Below, in pieces: positions 28,659-37,563 of a DNA stretch of 41,532 bases. Under the pieces are notes generated by a model. That model worked only from the letters and a program-made list of their open reading frames with translations, was not told the origin of the DNA and made no database searches. The position numbers were made by a program, and so were the translations under genes. Position 1 is the first letter of the stretch. Each line of letters opens with the position of its first letter. The stretch is from an uncultured Acidimicrobiia bacterium (GTDB taxonomy: Bacteria > Actinomycetota > Acidimicrobiia > Acidimicrobiales > AC-14): positions 1 to 41,532 of the forward strand of contig CAWIIV010000016.1 in assembly GCA_963836205.1 (NCBI GenBank), in the 5' to 3' direction.

Positions 28659-30732
28659 TCACGGGGCCGGGTTGGAGGGGGCAGCGACCGTTTCGTCGCC
28701 GATCGCCCCCGTGAGTCCCTCGGCGAGCGCCTGGCGGGCCATCGACGTCGCCGTGTCGAGGGCGGAGGCGGCCGACACCGGCACGTCGGGGATCACACCG
28801 GTGCCCTCCCAGTCGGTCCCCGTGACGGGGCTCACTGCCCGCCCGGTCGGAAGCAACATGTCGAATCCGAGAACGAGCGGTCCGGCGTCGCTCAGGTGGG
28901 CGCCCCCGGCTGTCGTCTCCCCCACGATGGTGGCCCGCCCGAGGGCCTGCAGGTCGTAGGCGAACGCCTCCGCGGCCGAGAAGGTGAATCTGCTGGTCAG
29001 GACGTAGACAGCCTTGTCGGGGCCGAAGCGCGGCCCGACGACGTCCCGCTGCGTCCAGAGCTGCTCGGGGAGCACTCCCTGTCGCCGGTAGATGTCGTTG
29101 AGGTGCACGGGCTCCTCCCCGAAGAGATAGGAGCTGATCAGGGCCACGATGCGCGGGTCGCCACCGCCGTTGTCCCGAAGGTCGAAGATCAGGGCATCGG
29201 CGTCGTGCACGGCCGCCATCGCTTCCGCCACCGCCGCCTCCACTCCCTCCGCGGGAACGAACCCGGTCAGGTTGATGTAGCCGACGTTGCCCGGAAGGCG
29301 GTCGACGCGGCTCGAAGCCGAAATGGGCCCGCTCCGCCATCTGCTGTTGGTCGGGCGGCGACCCGACGGGGCCGAGCGCGCCGAAGAAGTAGTCGACGTG
29401 CAGGTGCTTGTCGTGACTCACCTCCTGGAGGTGGGCCGTGAGGAGCCGGGCCAGGGCCGGGCCGCTGGTCACGTCGTCGTACTCGTGGGCCGCCTGGCGG
29501 GCGCGAACGGCTCGCTCCATCTCCTCGGCCCGGTCCGGGAAGACGTACCCGTCCCGAATCCGGGAGAGCACGGCATCGATCACCTGCCCTCGGGTGGTGG
29601 CATCGAGACGGATGGGGTCCTCGGCGATGCCGAGGGCGGCGGCGTCGACCGGAGCGGCCAGCGGACCGAGTCCGGACCCCTCGATCTGGGTGTTGGCCAG
29701 GAGTGCGACCGTGACCGACGCGTAGGGAAAGAAGGTGAGGCTGCCCATGAAGCCGTTGATGGAGCCGGAGTCGAACTCCGCGGCGTGGCCCTGGAGGGGA
29801 GCCATCGTCAGGCCGAACCCGTAGGGCTCGGTGGTCCCGTCGGCCAGCTCGGTGGGCGTCGTCATCAGCCGGTACGACGCGTCGGAGACGACTCGCCCGT
29901 CGCGCAACGCCTGACTCCAGGTCAACAGGTCACCCACCGTCGAGCACAGCCCCCCGGCGGCGAAAGGCACCGCCATCTCGATGGGCGGGGCGTCGACCAA
30001 CTCCCCGTCGGCCACTGCGTAGCCACGGGCCTGTCCCGACCCCTCCGGCCCGTCCGGGCAATACGACGTCTGCCGCAGTCCGAGGGGCTCGAGGACGTGG
30101 TCGTCGAGGTACGAGGCGTAGCTGCCGCCGGTGACCCTCTCGATGACGAGCCCGAGGAGGACGTAGTCCGAGCTCGAGTAGCGGAAGCGCTGGCCCGGGT
30201 CGAAGTCGAACGGCTGGGCGGCAATCAGGTCGACCACCGACTGGAGGGTGGTGCCCGCTTCGGCCCGGCCCCCCGGCAGGTCGGTGTGGTTCCTGATCCC
30301 CGACGTGTGGTTGAGGAGGTGCCGGACGGTGACGCGACGTCCCTTGCTGGGGAAGTCGGGAAGCGACGTGGCGAGGTCGTCGTCGAGGCTGAGCTGCCCC
30401 GCCTCGACCAGCTGGAGGACGGCGGCGGCGGTGAACTGCCTGGTGAGGGAGCCGATGCGGTAGACGGTGTCCTCCGTCGCCGGGATCCCTCGGTCGACAT
30501 CGGCCAGGCCATAGCCCTTCGACACGACGGTCCGCCCATCTCGGACGACCGCGATCGACATGCCCGCCAGCGGACCGGCGACGAGTCCTTCCGCGGCCAG
30601 GGCGTCGATCCGTTCCTCGAGGCTGGCGTCGGCCTTCCGTGAGCCCTGGCCGCAGGCGCCGAACGCCACTAGGGCGACGGCCAGGAAGGTGACGACGGCG
30701 GCCTGGCCCCGCACCCTGCGCCCCGTCGTCAT
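28659..30732 (-). CDS. Lipoprotein: beta-lactamase-fold (S12) domain fused to an S41 peptidase (frameshift near 29310)
   Basis: Lipobox FGAC, then IGSLTRQFTA, LLNHTSG and AAGGLCST. After the shift: RLPGNVGYINL, DLRDNGGG, TFSAAEAF, VGETTAGG and WEGTGVIPDV. Confidence 0.85.
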
Positions 30733-30851
30733 CGAAAGCCTCCGCTCGTCGGCCTTGCCACCCACCCTGACGCCCGGCCGGCCGATTCTGTTGCCGGCCG
30801 GGACGCCTCTTGATCTAGAAGGAATCGGCGGTTCGTGTCAACGCGCTTCGG

Positions 30852-31502
30852 CTACACGAGGGGTCGGAGGTAGTCGCGGAGGGCGGCGGTGGACTCGGCC
30901 GCGGTGTCGTCGTCGTTGGCCTCGCCGACGGCGGTGGCCAGCTCGTGGATCCGGCGCCACACCGACCGGTCGACCCCGTACGGGGGCAGGGTGGCAGCCA
31001 CCACGGTGACGAGGTCGTCGAGCTCGACGCCCAGCTCCGGGTCCCAGGGGGTGTGGTGGAGGCGGTCGGCGACGACGAAGAGGTCGGACATGGCCGCCTG
31101 CGCTTCCTCCCCCCCGTCGGCGTCGGGATCGAGCCCGTCCTCGACGACGCCCGCGACATCGGGATCGCCCACCCGCACCGCCTCGGCGTCGGCGTCGGAC
31201 ACCTCCAGGTCGTCGAGGATCCCGTCGACGACCTCCTCGGCGGCCTCCGGCACCGCCAGCACGATTCCCGGCTCCCACCGGTAGAGGATGTCGTCGTCGA
31301 CGAGGGCGGCGACGAGGGCGGCCCGGTCGGTCACCGGCCACTCGTCGAGACCGTAGGTGACCTCGGCGTCGGACGGCGCCAGCATGGGCGGGGGGTCGGC
31401 CACGGCCACGCCGCAGTCGGAGCAGATCGGGCCGGAGTCGAACCACTCGCCCCGGAACTTGTGGGGGAACTCGGTTCCGCAACGCGGGCAGTAGAGGATC
31501 AT
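30852..31502 (-). CDS. Acidic hypothetical protein with an N-terminal zinc ribbon
   Basis: YCPRCG...CSDCG followed by an Asp/Glu-rich body. Confidence 0.7.
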   Translation of the reverse strand: MILYCPRCGTEFPHKFRGEWFDSGPICSDCGVAVADPPPMLAPSDAEVTYGLDEWPVTDRAALVAALVDDDILYRWEPGIVLAVPEAAEEVVDGILDDLEVSDADAEAVRVGDPDVAGVVEDGLDPDADGGEEAQAAMSDLFVVADRLHHTPWDPELGVELDDLVTVVAATLPPYGVDRSVWRRIHELATAVGEANDDDTAAESTAALRDYLRPLV

Positions 31503-31517
31503 GGCGCCGCCGTCAGC

Positions 31518-32378
31518 CTAGGCCCAGCCTGCGAGCTCGGCCACGACCGGCAGGTGGTCGGAGAGGACCCGCCGGTCGACGTCGGCGGCGACCACCCGCA
31601 GCCCGCTCCCCCGCCCGACGAACACGTAGTCGATGCGCCGGACGAGACGGAGCACGGCGTTGGAGGTGAAGCCGTCCTCGTCGCCCCGCAGCTCGGCCCA
31701 GGCGTCGACGAAGTCGGCTTTCACGATGGCGATGACCCCGGCGGTGGGCCGGGCGTTGAAGTCACCGAGGAGTACCGGGCGACGGTCGTCGATGTGATCG
31801 AGCACTGCCTCCGCCTGCGCTTCCCGCTCGCCGTCGGTGGCGTTGGCGGCGAGATGGGTCACGAAGACCGTGATGCTGCCGCCGGCGCCGGTGTCGACGA
31901 CCGCCCGGAGGAGCACCCTGTCCTCGATCGACGTCTCCAGGCGGGACGGGGGCAGCACCCAGTGCTCGATCCGGCCGAGGGGGTGGCGGCTGAGGATGGC
32001 GTTGCCGAACGGGACGCACGACGCCGGCAACGGGGGCGTGAACCCGGGGCAGGGGCGCTTGGTTTCGACGTAGGCCGGGTTGTCCCACCCGAGGGTGCTG
32101 CTCACGGCCGCGGCCTGGTCGAGGGTGACCTCCTGCAGGCCGACGACGTCGGCCCGCTGGGTGGCGACCACGTCGGCAAAGGGGGCCATGTCGGCCGCCG
32201 CCAGCGGGCCCGCCTGCGCCTGTCCCCGCTGGAGGTTCCACGTCATGACCCGGATGGCCGGCGGCGGGGCCGACTCCGGCGGTGGCGGCTCGGGCGTGCC
32301 TCCCGACCCCGAGCCCGACCCGCACGCGGCCGACGTGGCCAGGGCGACGGCCAGCGCCAGGCGCCCGGGGAACCTCAA
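31518..32378 (-). CDS. Endonuclease/exonuclease/phosphatase (EEP) family lipoprotein
   Basis: Lipobox SAAC, with TWNL, GLQEV, GNAILS, THL, GDFN, RIDY and SDHLP. Confidence 0.9.
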   Translation of the reverse strand: MRFPGRLALAVALATSAACGSGSGSGGTPEPPPPESAPPPAIRVMTWNLQRGQAQAGPLAAADMAPFADVVATQRADVVGLQEVTLDQAAAVSSTLGWDNPAYVETKRPCPGFTPPLPASCVPFGNAILSRHPLGRIEHWVLPPSRLETSIEDRVLLRAVVDTGAGGSITVFVTHLAANATDGEREAQAEAVLDHIDDRRPVLLGDFNARPTAGVIAIVKADFVDAWAELRGDEDGFTSNAVLRLVRRIDYVFVGRGSGLRVVAADVDRRVLSDHLPVVAELAGWA

Positions 32379-32451
32379 CCGGCGGGCAGGCGAGGGTCGA
32401 GGGTGAGCAGCCCGTGGGCCACCCGGCCGTCGCCCACCAGGCCCGGGGTCG

Positions 32452-33174
32452 TCAGCCGTCGGCGTAGCGGCGGGCCTGCTCCACGAAGGCGTCGAAGATG
32501 CCCCGCTGCTCGGGGAGGTCTTCGAGGATCTCGGGGTGCCATTGCACGGCGAGGAACGCCGAATCTCCCTCGGACTCGACCGCCTCGACGGAGCCGTCGT
32601 CGGCCCAGGCCACCGCCCGAATGCCGGTCGCCAGCCGGTCGATGCCCTGGCGGTGGATCGAGTTCACCGCCACCTCCGTCTCTCCCAGGGCCTCGGCCAG
32701 GCGGCTGTGGGGCTCGATCTTGATCCGGTGCGACCCCTCCCGCCACTGGCCCGGGTTCCAGTGGAACTGGCCGGTGGCGGCGGAGACGTCCTGGAGGAGC
32801 GTGCCCCCCAGGGCGACGTTCATGAGCTGCATGCCTCGGCAGATCCCGAGGACCGGAAGCCCGGAGGTCAGGGCGTCCTCGAACAGGGTGATCTCGAAGG
32901 CGTCGCGCTCGGGGTTGACGTCGCGGGTGCAGTCCATCGGCACCGCCCCGTACAGCGAGGGGTTGACATCGCCGCCGCCGGGTAGCAGCACGCCGTGAAC
33001 CATGCCCAGCACGTCGCGGAGGCGAGCGGCCTCGGTCACCGGCAGGATGACCACCGCTCCCCCGGCCCGCTCGATGGCCCGGACGTTGAAGCGGGTGGCG
33101 GTCTGCAGCAGCGTCGGCCCGAACGGCGTCTCGACGACGCGCGGGTAGGCCCCAACGCCGATAATCGGTCTCAA
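32452..33174 (-). CDS. Gamma-glutamyl hydrolase, PuuD / peptidase C26 family
   Basis: PGGGDVNPSLYG, GICRGMQLMNVALGGTL, VNSIHRQ and VQWHPE, giving the Cys-His-Glu triad. Confidence 0.9.
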   Translation of the reverse strand: MRPIIGVGAYPRVVETPFGPTLLQTATRFNVRAIERAGGAVVILPVTEAARLRDVLGMVHGVLLPGGGDVNPSLYGAVPMDCTRDVNPERDAFEITLFEDALTSGLPVLGICRGMQLMNVALGGTLLQDVSAATGQFHWNPGQWREGSHRIKIEPHSRLAEALGETEVAVNSIHRQGIDRLATGIRAVAWADDGSVEAVESEGDSAFLAVQWHPEILEDLPEQRGIFDAFVEQARRYADG

Positions 33175-33338
33175 CGACCACCTTCCTGCCCGAGCCTGTC
33201 GATCGGTGACGGGAGCGGGGCTCCGTCACGCGGCGCACCAGACGGCCGGCCTGCTCGACCGCCGGCGCTTCCGATGGTAGCAACGGCGGGGGCCGTCACC
33301 GGGCCTGCCTGGGCGGCCGTCCCCCGGAGCCTGCGGTC

Positions 33339-34415
33339 ATGAGCGTGGGCCAGGAGGCCACCGTGGCAGCTCCGGTCGACCGTCGGGACCCGCCTTTGCC
33401 CCCTCCGCGTGGCCCCCTCACCGGGTGGCTGTTCGAGGTGCTCGGACGGCCGCCGGTGGACAGCGATCGGTTCGACGCTCCCGTCACCAACGCCGTCGAC
33501 CCGGTGGCGGACGACGACTTCCAGCTGGCGTTGTATGTCTGTTACGAGACCCACTACCGGGGCTTCGCCCACGTCGACGACGGCTGGGAGTGGAGCCCGG
33601 CCCTGCTCGGCTTCCGCCGGGCGTTGGAGCAGGCCTTCGAGTCGGCGCTGCGGGCCCGCTTCGGTCACCTGGTCCCGACGGAGGGGGGCGACAGCGCGGT
33701 CCTCCTCAGCCGCATCGCCAACCAGCCGGGGCCGTCGATCTCCCGCCACCTCAAGGAGGCCGGCACCCGGGCGGAGATGGCGGAGTTCCTGGTCCACAAG
33801 TCCGCCTACCAGCTCAAGGAGTTCGACCCCCAGTCGTGGGTGATCCCCCGGCTCGAGGGGAAGGCCAAGAGCGCCATGCTCGAGGTCGCGTTCGACGAGT
33901 ACGGCTGCGGGCGGGCCGAGCGCATCCACGCCCAGCTCTTCCGCAACACCATGGAGGCGGTCGGGCTCGACGGTCGCTACGGCGCCTACCTCGACTGCCT
34001 TCCCGGGCCCACGTTGGCCACGGTCAACCTCATGTCGATGTTCGGCCTCCACCGCCGCCTGCGGGGGGCCGCCGTCGGCCATCTGGTCATCGGCGAGCTG
34101 ACCTCGGCCAGCTCCACCAAACGCTCCGCTGACACACTGCGCCGGCTGGGCTACGGACCGGACGCCACCGACTTCTTCGACGAGCACGTGCTGGCCGACT
34201 CCATCCACGACATGATCACCCTCCACGACCTGGCGGGGGCGCTGGCGGCCGAGGACCCCGGCCTGGTCGGCGACATGGTGTTCGGCGCGGCGGTGGGCGC
34301 AGCCGTCGACGGCCTGTTCGCGGAGTACGTGCTGGGCTGCTGGGCCCGGGGCGAGTCGTCGCTGCGGGTCAGGGACGGGGCCGATCGGCCCGTTGGCTCC
34401 GCGCCGAGTCCCTGA
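33339..34415 (+). CDS. Iron-containing redox enzyme (heme-oxygenase-like diiron oxidase, HDO)
   Basis: YQLKEFDP, DEYGCGRAERIHAQLF, GELTS and FFDEHVLADSIHD provide Glu/His ligand candidates. Confidence 0.85.
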   Translation: MSVGQEATVAAPVDRRDPPLPPPRGPLTGWLFEVLGRPPVDSDRFDAPVTNAVDPVADDDFQLALYVCYETHYRGFAHVDDGWEWSPALLGFRRALEQAFESALRARFGHLVPTEGGDSAVLLSRIANQPGPSISRHLKEAGTRAEMAEFLVHKSAYQLKEFDPQSWVIPRLEGKAKSAMLEVAFDEYGCGRAERIHAQLFRNTMEAVGLDGRYGAYLDCLPGPTLATVNLMSMFGLHRRLRGAAVGHLVIGELTSASSTKRSADTLRRLGYGPDATDFFDEHVLADSIHDMITLHDLAGALAAEDPGLVGDMVFGAAVGAAVDGLFAEYVLGCWARGESSLRVRDGADRPVGSAPSP

Positions 34416-34602
34416 ACGACGAGGCCGCGTGCGACCCGTCGCACAAGGGCTTCTGACCCGAGCGGCCGCAGCGGCAGAGGGCCACCGTGTGGCGCGCCGT
34501 CTCGATCACGGTCCCGTCGACGTCGACGATCGTGTAGCAGCCGCGCACCAGGTAGGGGCCGTCGGGATAGGCCGTGATGGTCGCCTCGACCTCGTTCGTC
34601 AC
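34369..34602 (-). CDS. CDGSH iron-sulfur protein (77 aa)
   Basis: GTG 34602 overlaps the upstream stop. DGPYLVRG...ALCRCGRSGQKPLCDGSH. Confidence 0.92.
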   Translation of the reverse strand: MTNEVEATITAYPDGPYLVRGCYTIVDVDGTVIETARHTVALCRCGRSGQKPLCDGSHAASSFRDSARSQRADRPRP

Positions 34603-35729
34603 TGTCGCTCCGATCTCTGAGATCCCTCGATCCGGGCCGTCTCGTCCACCAGCAGGTCGACCACCGTCGCCAGGTCGTCGGTCTGGGCCAGCCGGGCCCG
34701 CTGGCGGGCCGCCGACGACCCTCCCCGCACCGCCTGCTCGGCGAGCGTGGTCACCACGTCCCTGTCGCCGGACTGCTCCAGGGCATCGGCCACGTGCGCG
34801 ACCAACCGGTCGACGACGGTGGCGGCCGGCAGCAACTCGCCCGTGAGCGGGTCGAGCAGGCGGTCGCCCAGGCCGAAGCGCCCCGCCCGCCACCGGGCCG
34901 CCCGCAGCAGCTCGGGTCCGGGGGCGGTGGCCGGCCGGCCCCGGTCGATCTCGTCCAGGCAGGTCCCCACGAGGGCCCGGCCGAGGCCGGCCTGGAGGAT
35001 GGTGTCGTCGACCGACGGGCAGGAGTCGGCGACGCGGAACTCGAGCGTTTCGTGGGTGACCCCCGGCCGCACGTCCCAGAACGCCTGGCGGACGTCGACC
35101 GCGACCTCGGCGTCGATCACCGCCTGCACCGACCGGGTGTAGGCCTCGAAGGAGTCGTAGAGGGGAGGCACTCCGGAGAGGGGCCATCGGCCCATGACGA
35201 CGCTCCGGTAGCTGTCGTAGCCGGTGTCCTCCCCGATCCAGAACGGGGAGCTGGCCGAGAGGGCGAGGAGGACGGGCAGCCACGGCCGGACCCGGTTCAT
35301 GACCTCGACGGCCACGTCACGGTCGTCGATGCCGACGTGGACGTGGCACCCGCAGACCACGTGCTCGTCGGCCAGGCGGGCGTAGTCGCGGGCCACCTGG
35401 AGGAACCGGGGCTTGGGGTTGACCACCTGCTTCCGCCAATCGCCCAGGGGGACGGTGCCGGCCGCGACGACCCGGTGGCCGGTCGCAGCCGCCGCCCCCG
35501 CGAGTTGCCGGCGGAGGGTGGCCAGCTCGGACCGCAGCCCGTCCAGGCGGGCGCACGGGCTGGTCCGGCTCTCGACCATGCTCAGCCGGAACTCGTCGGC
35601 GAAGCTCGGGTATCCGGTACCGGGCCCGCCGAGGGCGGCGAGGACCGGCGTGGCGTCGACCGCCAGCTCGCGAGTGGCGGCGTCGACCACGAAGAACTCC
35701 TCCTCGACGCCCACGGTCAGGTTCAGCAA
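34599..35729 (-). CDS. Carboxylate-amine ligase, YbdK/GCS2 family (gamma-glutamyl ligase)
   Basis: TVGVEEEFFVVD, CGCHVHVG, LALSASSPFW.GEDTGY.SYR, FWDVRP and TLEFRVAD. TTG start is inferred. Confidence 0.9.
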   Translation of the reverse strand: MLNLTVGVEEEFFVVDAATRELAVDATPVLAALGGPGTGYPSFADEFRLSMVESRTSPCARLDGLRSELATLRRQLAGAAAATGHRVVAAGTVPLGDWRKQVVNPKPRFLQVARDYARLADEHVVCGCHVHVGIDDRDVAVEVMNRVRPWLPVLLALSASSPFWIGEDTGYDSYRSVVMGRWPLSGVPPLYDSFEAYTRSVQAVIDAEVAVDVRQAFWDVRPGVTHETLEFRVADSCPSVDDTILQAGLGRALVGTCLDEIDRGRPATAPGPELLRAARWRAGRFGLGDRLLDPLTGELLPAATVVDRLVAHVADALEQSGDRDVVTTLAEQAVRGGSSAARQRARLAQTDDLATVVDLLVDETARIEGSQRSERQ

Positions 35730-36640
35730 TGGTGACGCCGGTGCTCCTCGGGCAGGACCAGCACCCGCACCGGGACGGGGCAGGCGGCGGTGGCCCGGTC
35801 GAGGGCCTCCAGGTGGGTGGTCCGCGATCGGCAGGCATGGTCGAGGAGGCGGAGCAACCCGTCCGGAGAGAGCCCGCCGTCGGCGTCGTCCGCGGCGTCC
35901 CGGCGGCAGGAGAGCCCCACGCACAGGTAGGAGACGGCGCCGTCGTCGGTGCGCAGCAGCGGCCCCTCCCCCGCCGCTTCGAGGGCGAGGACCCGGTCCA
36001 TGTGCTGCACGGTGTAGTCGCCCAGGCGGAGCGCGGCCAGGGTGAGGCCCGCGATCCGGTAGCCGCAGGCGGCCAGCAACGCAGCCGCCCGCCGGGGCGA
36101 CGAGTAGCTGCCGATGGTGAGCGACAGTGCCGATCCGAGAGCCTCGGCGTGGCTGACCACGATCCGCACCAGGCGGAGGCCGTCGGGGCCGCCGTCGATT
36201 GAGACCCGTCCCGAGTCGTCGACCGGTGGGACCGGCACGTAGGGCGGATTGCTGGCCACCACGTCCGGGGGTCGGGACAGGGGCGATGCCGCCAGCAGGG
36301 CGGAGGTCGACAGCGCGGCGTAGTCGGCCAGCCCGAAGGTGACCCGCCGGGCGGGCCCGTCGAGGGCATGGTGCTCGGACGCCCACCGGACGCTCTCCTC
36401 GGAGATGTCGACGCCGTGGACGTGGGCCGTCCCGGCCCGGGCCACCGCCGCGGCCGCGGCGCCGCTGCCCGATCCGAGGTCGAGGACGGTGGACCCCTCC
36501 TCGACCAGGTCGACGGTCGCCCAGGCACCGACCTCGGTGTCGATCGGGTCGAAGAAGATGCCCCGACGGTCGGGCGGGTCCCGGTCGGCGACGGTGAGGT
36601 GGCGGTAGGCCGACACCCGGTCGAGGCAGGCCGCGGTCAT
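35723..36640 (-). CDS. Class I SAM-dependent methyltransferase with an NPPY (N-methylase) motif
   Basis: VLDLGSGSG, GVDIS, SNPPYVP and DGGPDGL. ATG overlaps the upstream TGA. Confidence 0.85.
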   Translation of the reverse strand: MTAACLDRVSAYRHLTVADRDPPDRRGIFFDPIDTEVGAWATVDLVEEGSTVLDLGSGSGAAAAAVARAGTAHVHGVDISEESVRWASEHHALDGPARRVTFGLADYAALSTSALLAASPLSRPPDVVASNPPYVPVPPVDDSGRVSIDGGPDGLRLVRIVVSHAEALGSALSLTIGSYSSPRRAAALLAACGYRIAGLTLAALRLGDYTVQHMDRVLALEAAGEGPLLRTDDGAVSYLCVGLSCRRDAADDADGGLSPDGLLRLLDHACRSRTTHLEALDRATAACPVPVRVLVLPEEHRRHHC

Positions 36641-37563
36641 CGGGGTCCGGCCAGGCACCACTCGAGGATGGCCAGGGCGGTGTGGTACTTGTTGGCCGCC
36701 TGGGGCAGGGCCAGGCTGGCGGGGCCGTCGAGCACCTCGGCGGTGACCTCCTCGCCCCGGTGGGCGGGCAGGTCGTGCAGGAACCGGGCGTCGGGCCAGC
36801 GAGCCATCAGGTCGTCGTTCACCTGGAAGGGCCGGAAGCGTTCGTGCCAGTCGGGATCGGGCTTGGCGGTGCCCGTCGTCTGCCAGCGGGTGGTGTAGAC
36901 GGCGTCGACCGCCTCCGGGAGCCCCTCCAGGTCGTGACGCTCGTCGACCACGCTGCCGGTCTCGTCGGCGTGGCCGCACGCCAGCTTCAACTTGTCGTCG
37001 GCCAGGCCGTAGCCGGCAGGAGTCCGCAGGTAGAGCTCGTTTCCGGGGAACCGGGACAGGGCCAGGGCCAGGGCGGAGGCGGAGTTGTTGCCCTCCCCCA
37101 GGTAGAGGACCCGCAGGTGGTCGATACGTCCGAAGTGTTGGAGCAGGGTGGCGAGGTCGGCGACGGCCTGGGTCGGGTGCTCGTCGGATGTCATGGCGTT
37201 GACGACCGGCATCCGGCCCTGGGCGGCCAAGTCGCGCAGCTCATCGGGGTCGCCCGCGGTGCGAGCCACCAGGGCGTCGACCATGGTGGCCAGCACCCGG
37301 CCGGTGTCGAGGTAGGTCTCGCCGGTGTTGGTCTGGAGGTCGTGGGGCCCGAAGGTGAGGATCTGGGCTCCCAGGCGGAGGGCGGCGGCGGAGAAGGCGG
37401 TGCGGGTGCGGGTGGAGGTCTGCCGGAAGTAGACGGCCACCACCCGCCCGGAGAGCACCCGCTCGACGGCCGCGCCCTCGGCATAGGCACACCCCCGGTG
37501 CGCCAGCCAGCGAAGGTCGTCGGCGGAGATGTCCTCGAGGGAGATGATGCTGCGGGCGGTCAC
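36637..37563 (-). CDS. Carbamoyltransferase, L-2,3-diaminopropionate (VioL/CmnL-like) type
   Basis: FRQTSTRTR and HPTQ bind carbamoyl phosphate. TRWQTTG and HDLP replace the OTCase DxxxSMG and HCLP motifs. Adjacent to the SbnA/B-like genes. Confidence 0.8.
   Translation of the reverse strand: MTARSIISLEDISADDLRWLAHRGCAYAEGAAVERVLSGRVVAVYFRQTSTRTRTAFSAAALRLGAQILTFGPHDLQTNTGETYLDTGRVLATMVDALVARTAGDPDELRDLAAQGRMPVVNAMTSDEHPTQAVADLATLLQHFGRIDHLRVLYLGEGNNSASALALALSRFPGNELYLRTPAGYGLADDKLKLACGHADETGSVVDERHDLEGLPEAVDAVYTTRWQTTGTAKPDPDWHERFRPFQVNDDLMARWPDARFLHDLPAHRGEEVTAEVLDGPASLALPQAANKYHTALAILEWCLAGPR

Noticed and set aside
28138-30765. 875-aa hydrolase with a long C-terminal tail
   Set aside because: After about 29310 the frame is garbled. 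The true continuation is the S41 frame ending at 28659, and the last 60 aa are a separate gene with its own RBS and promoter.
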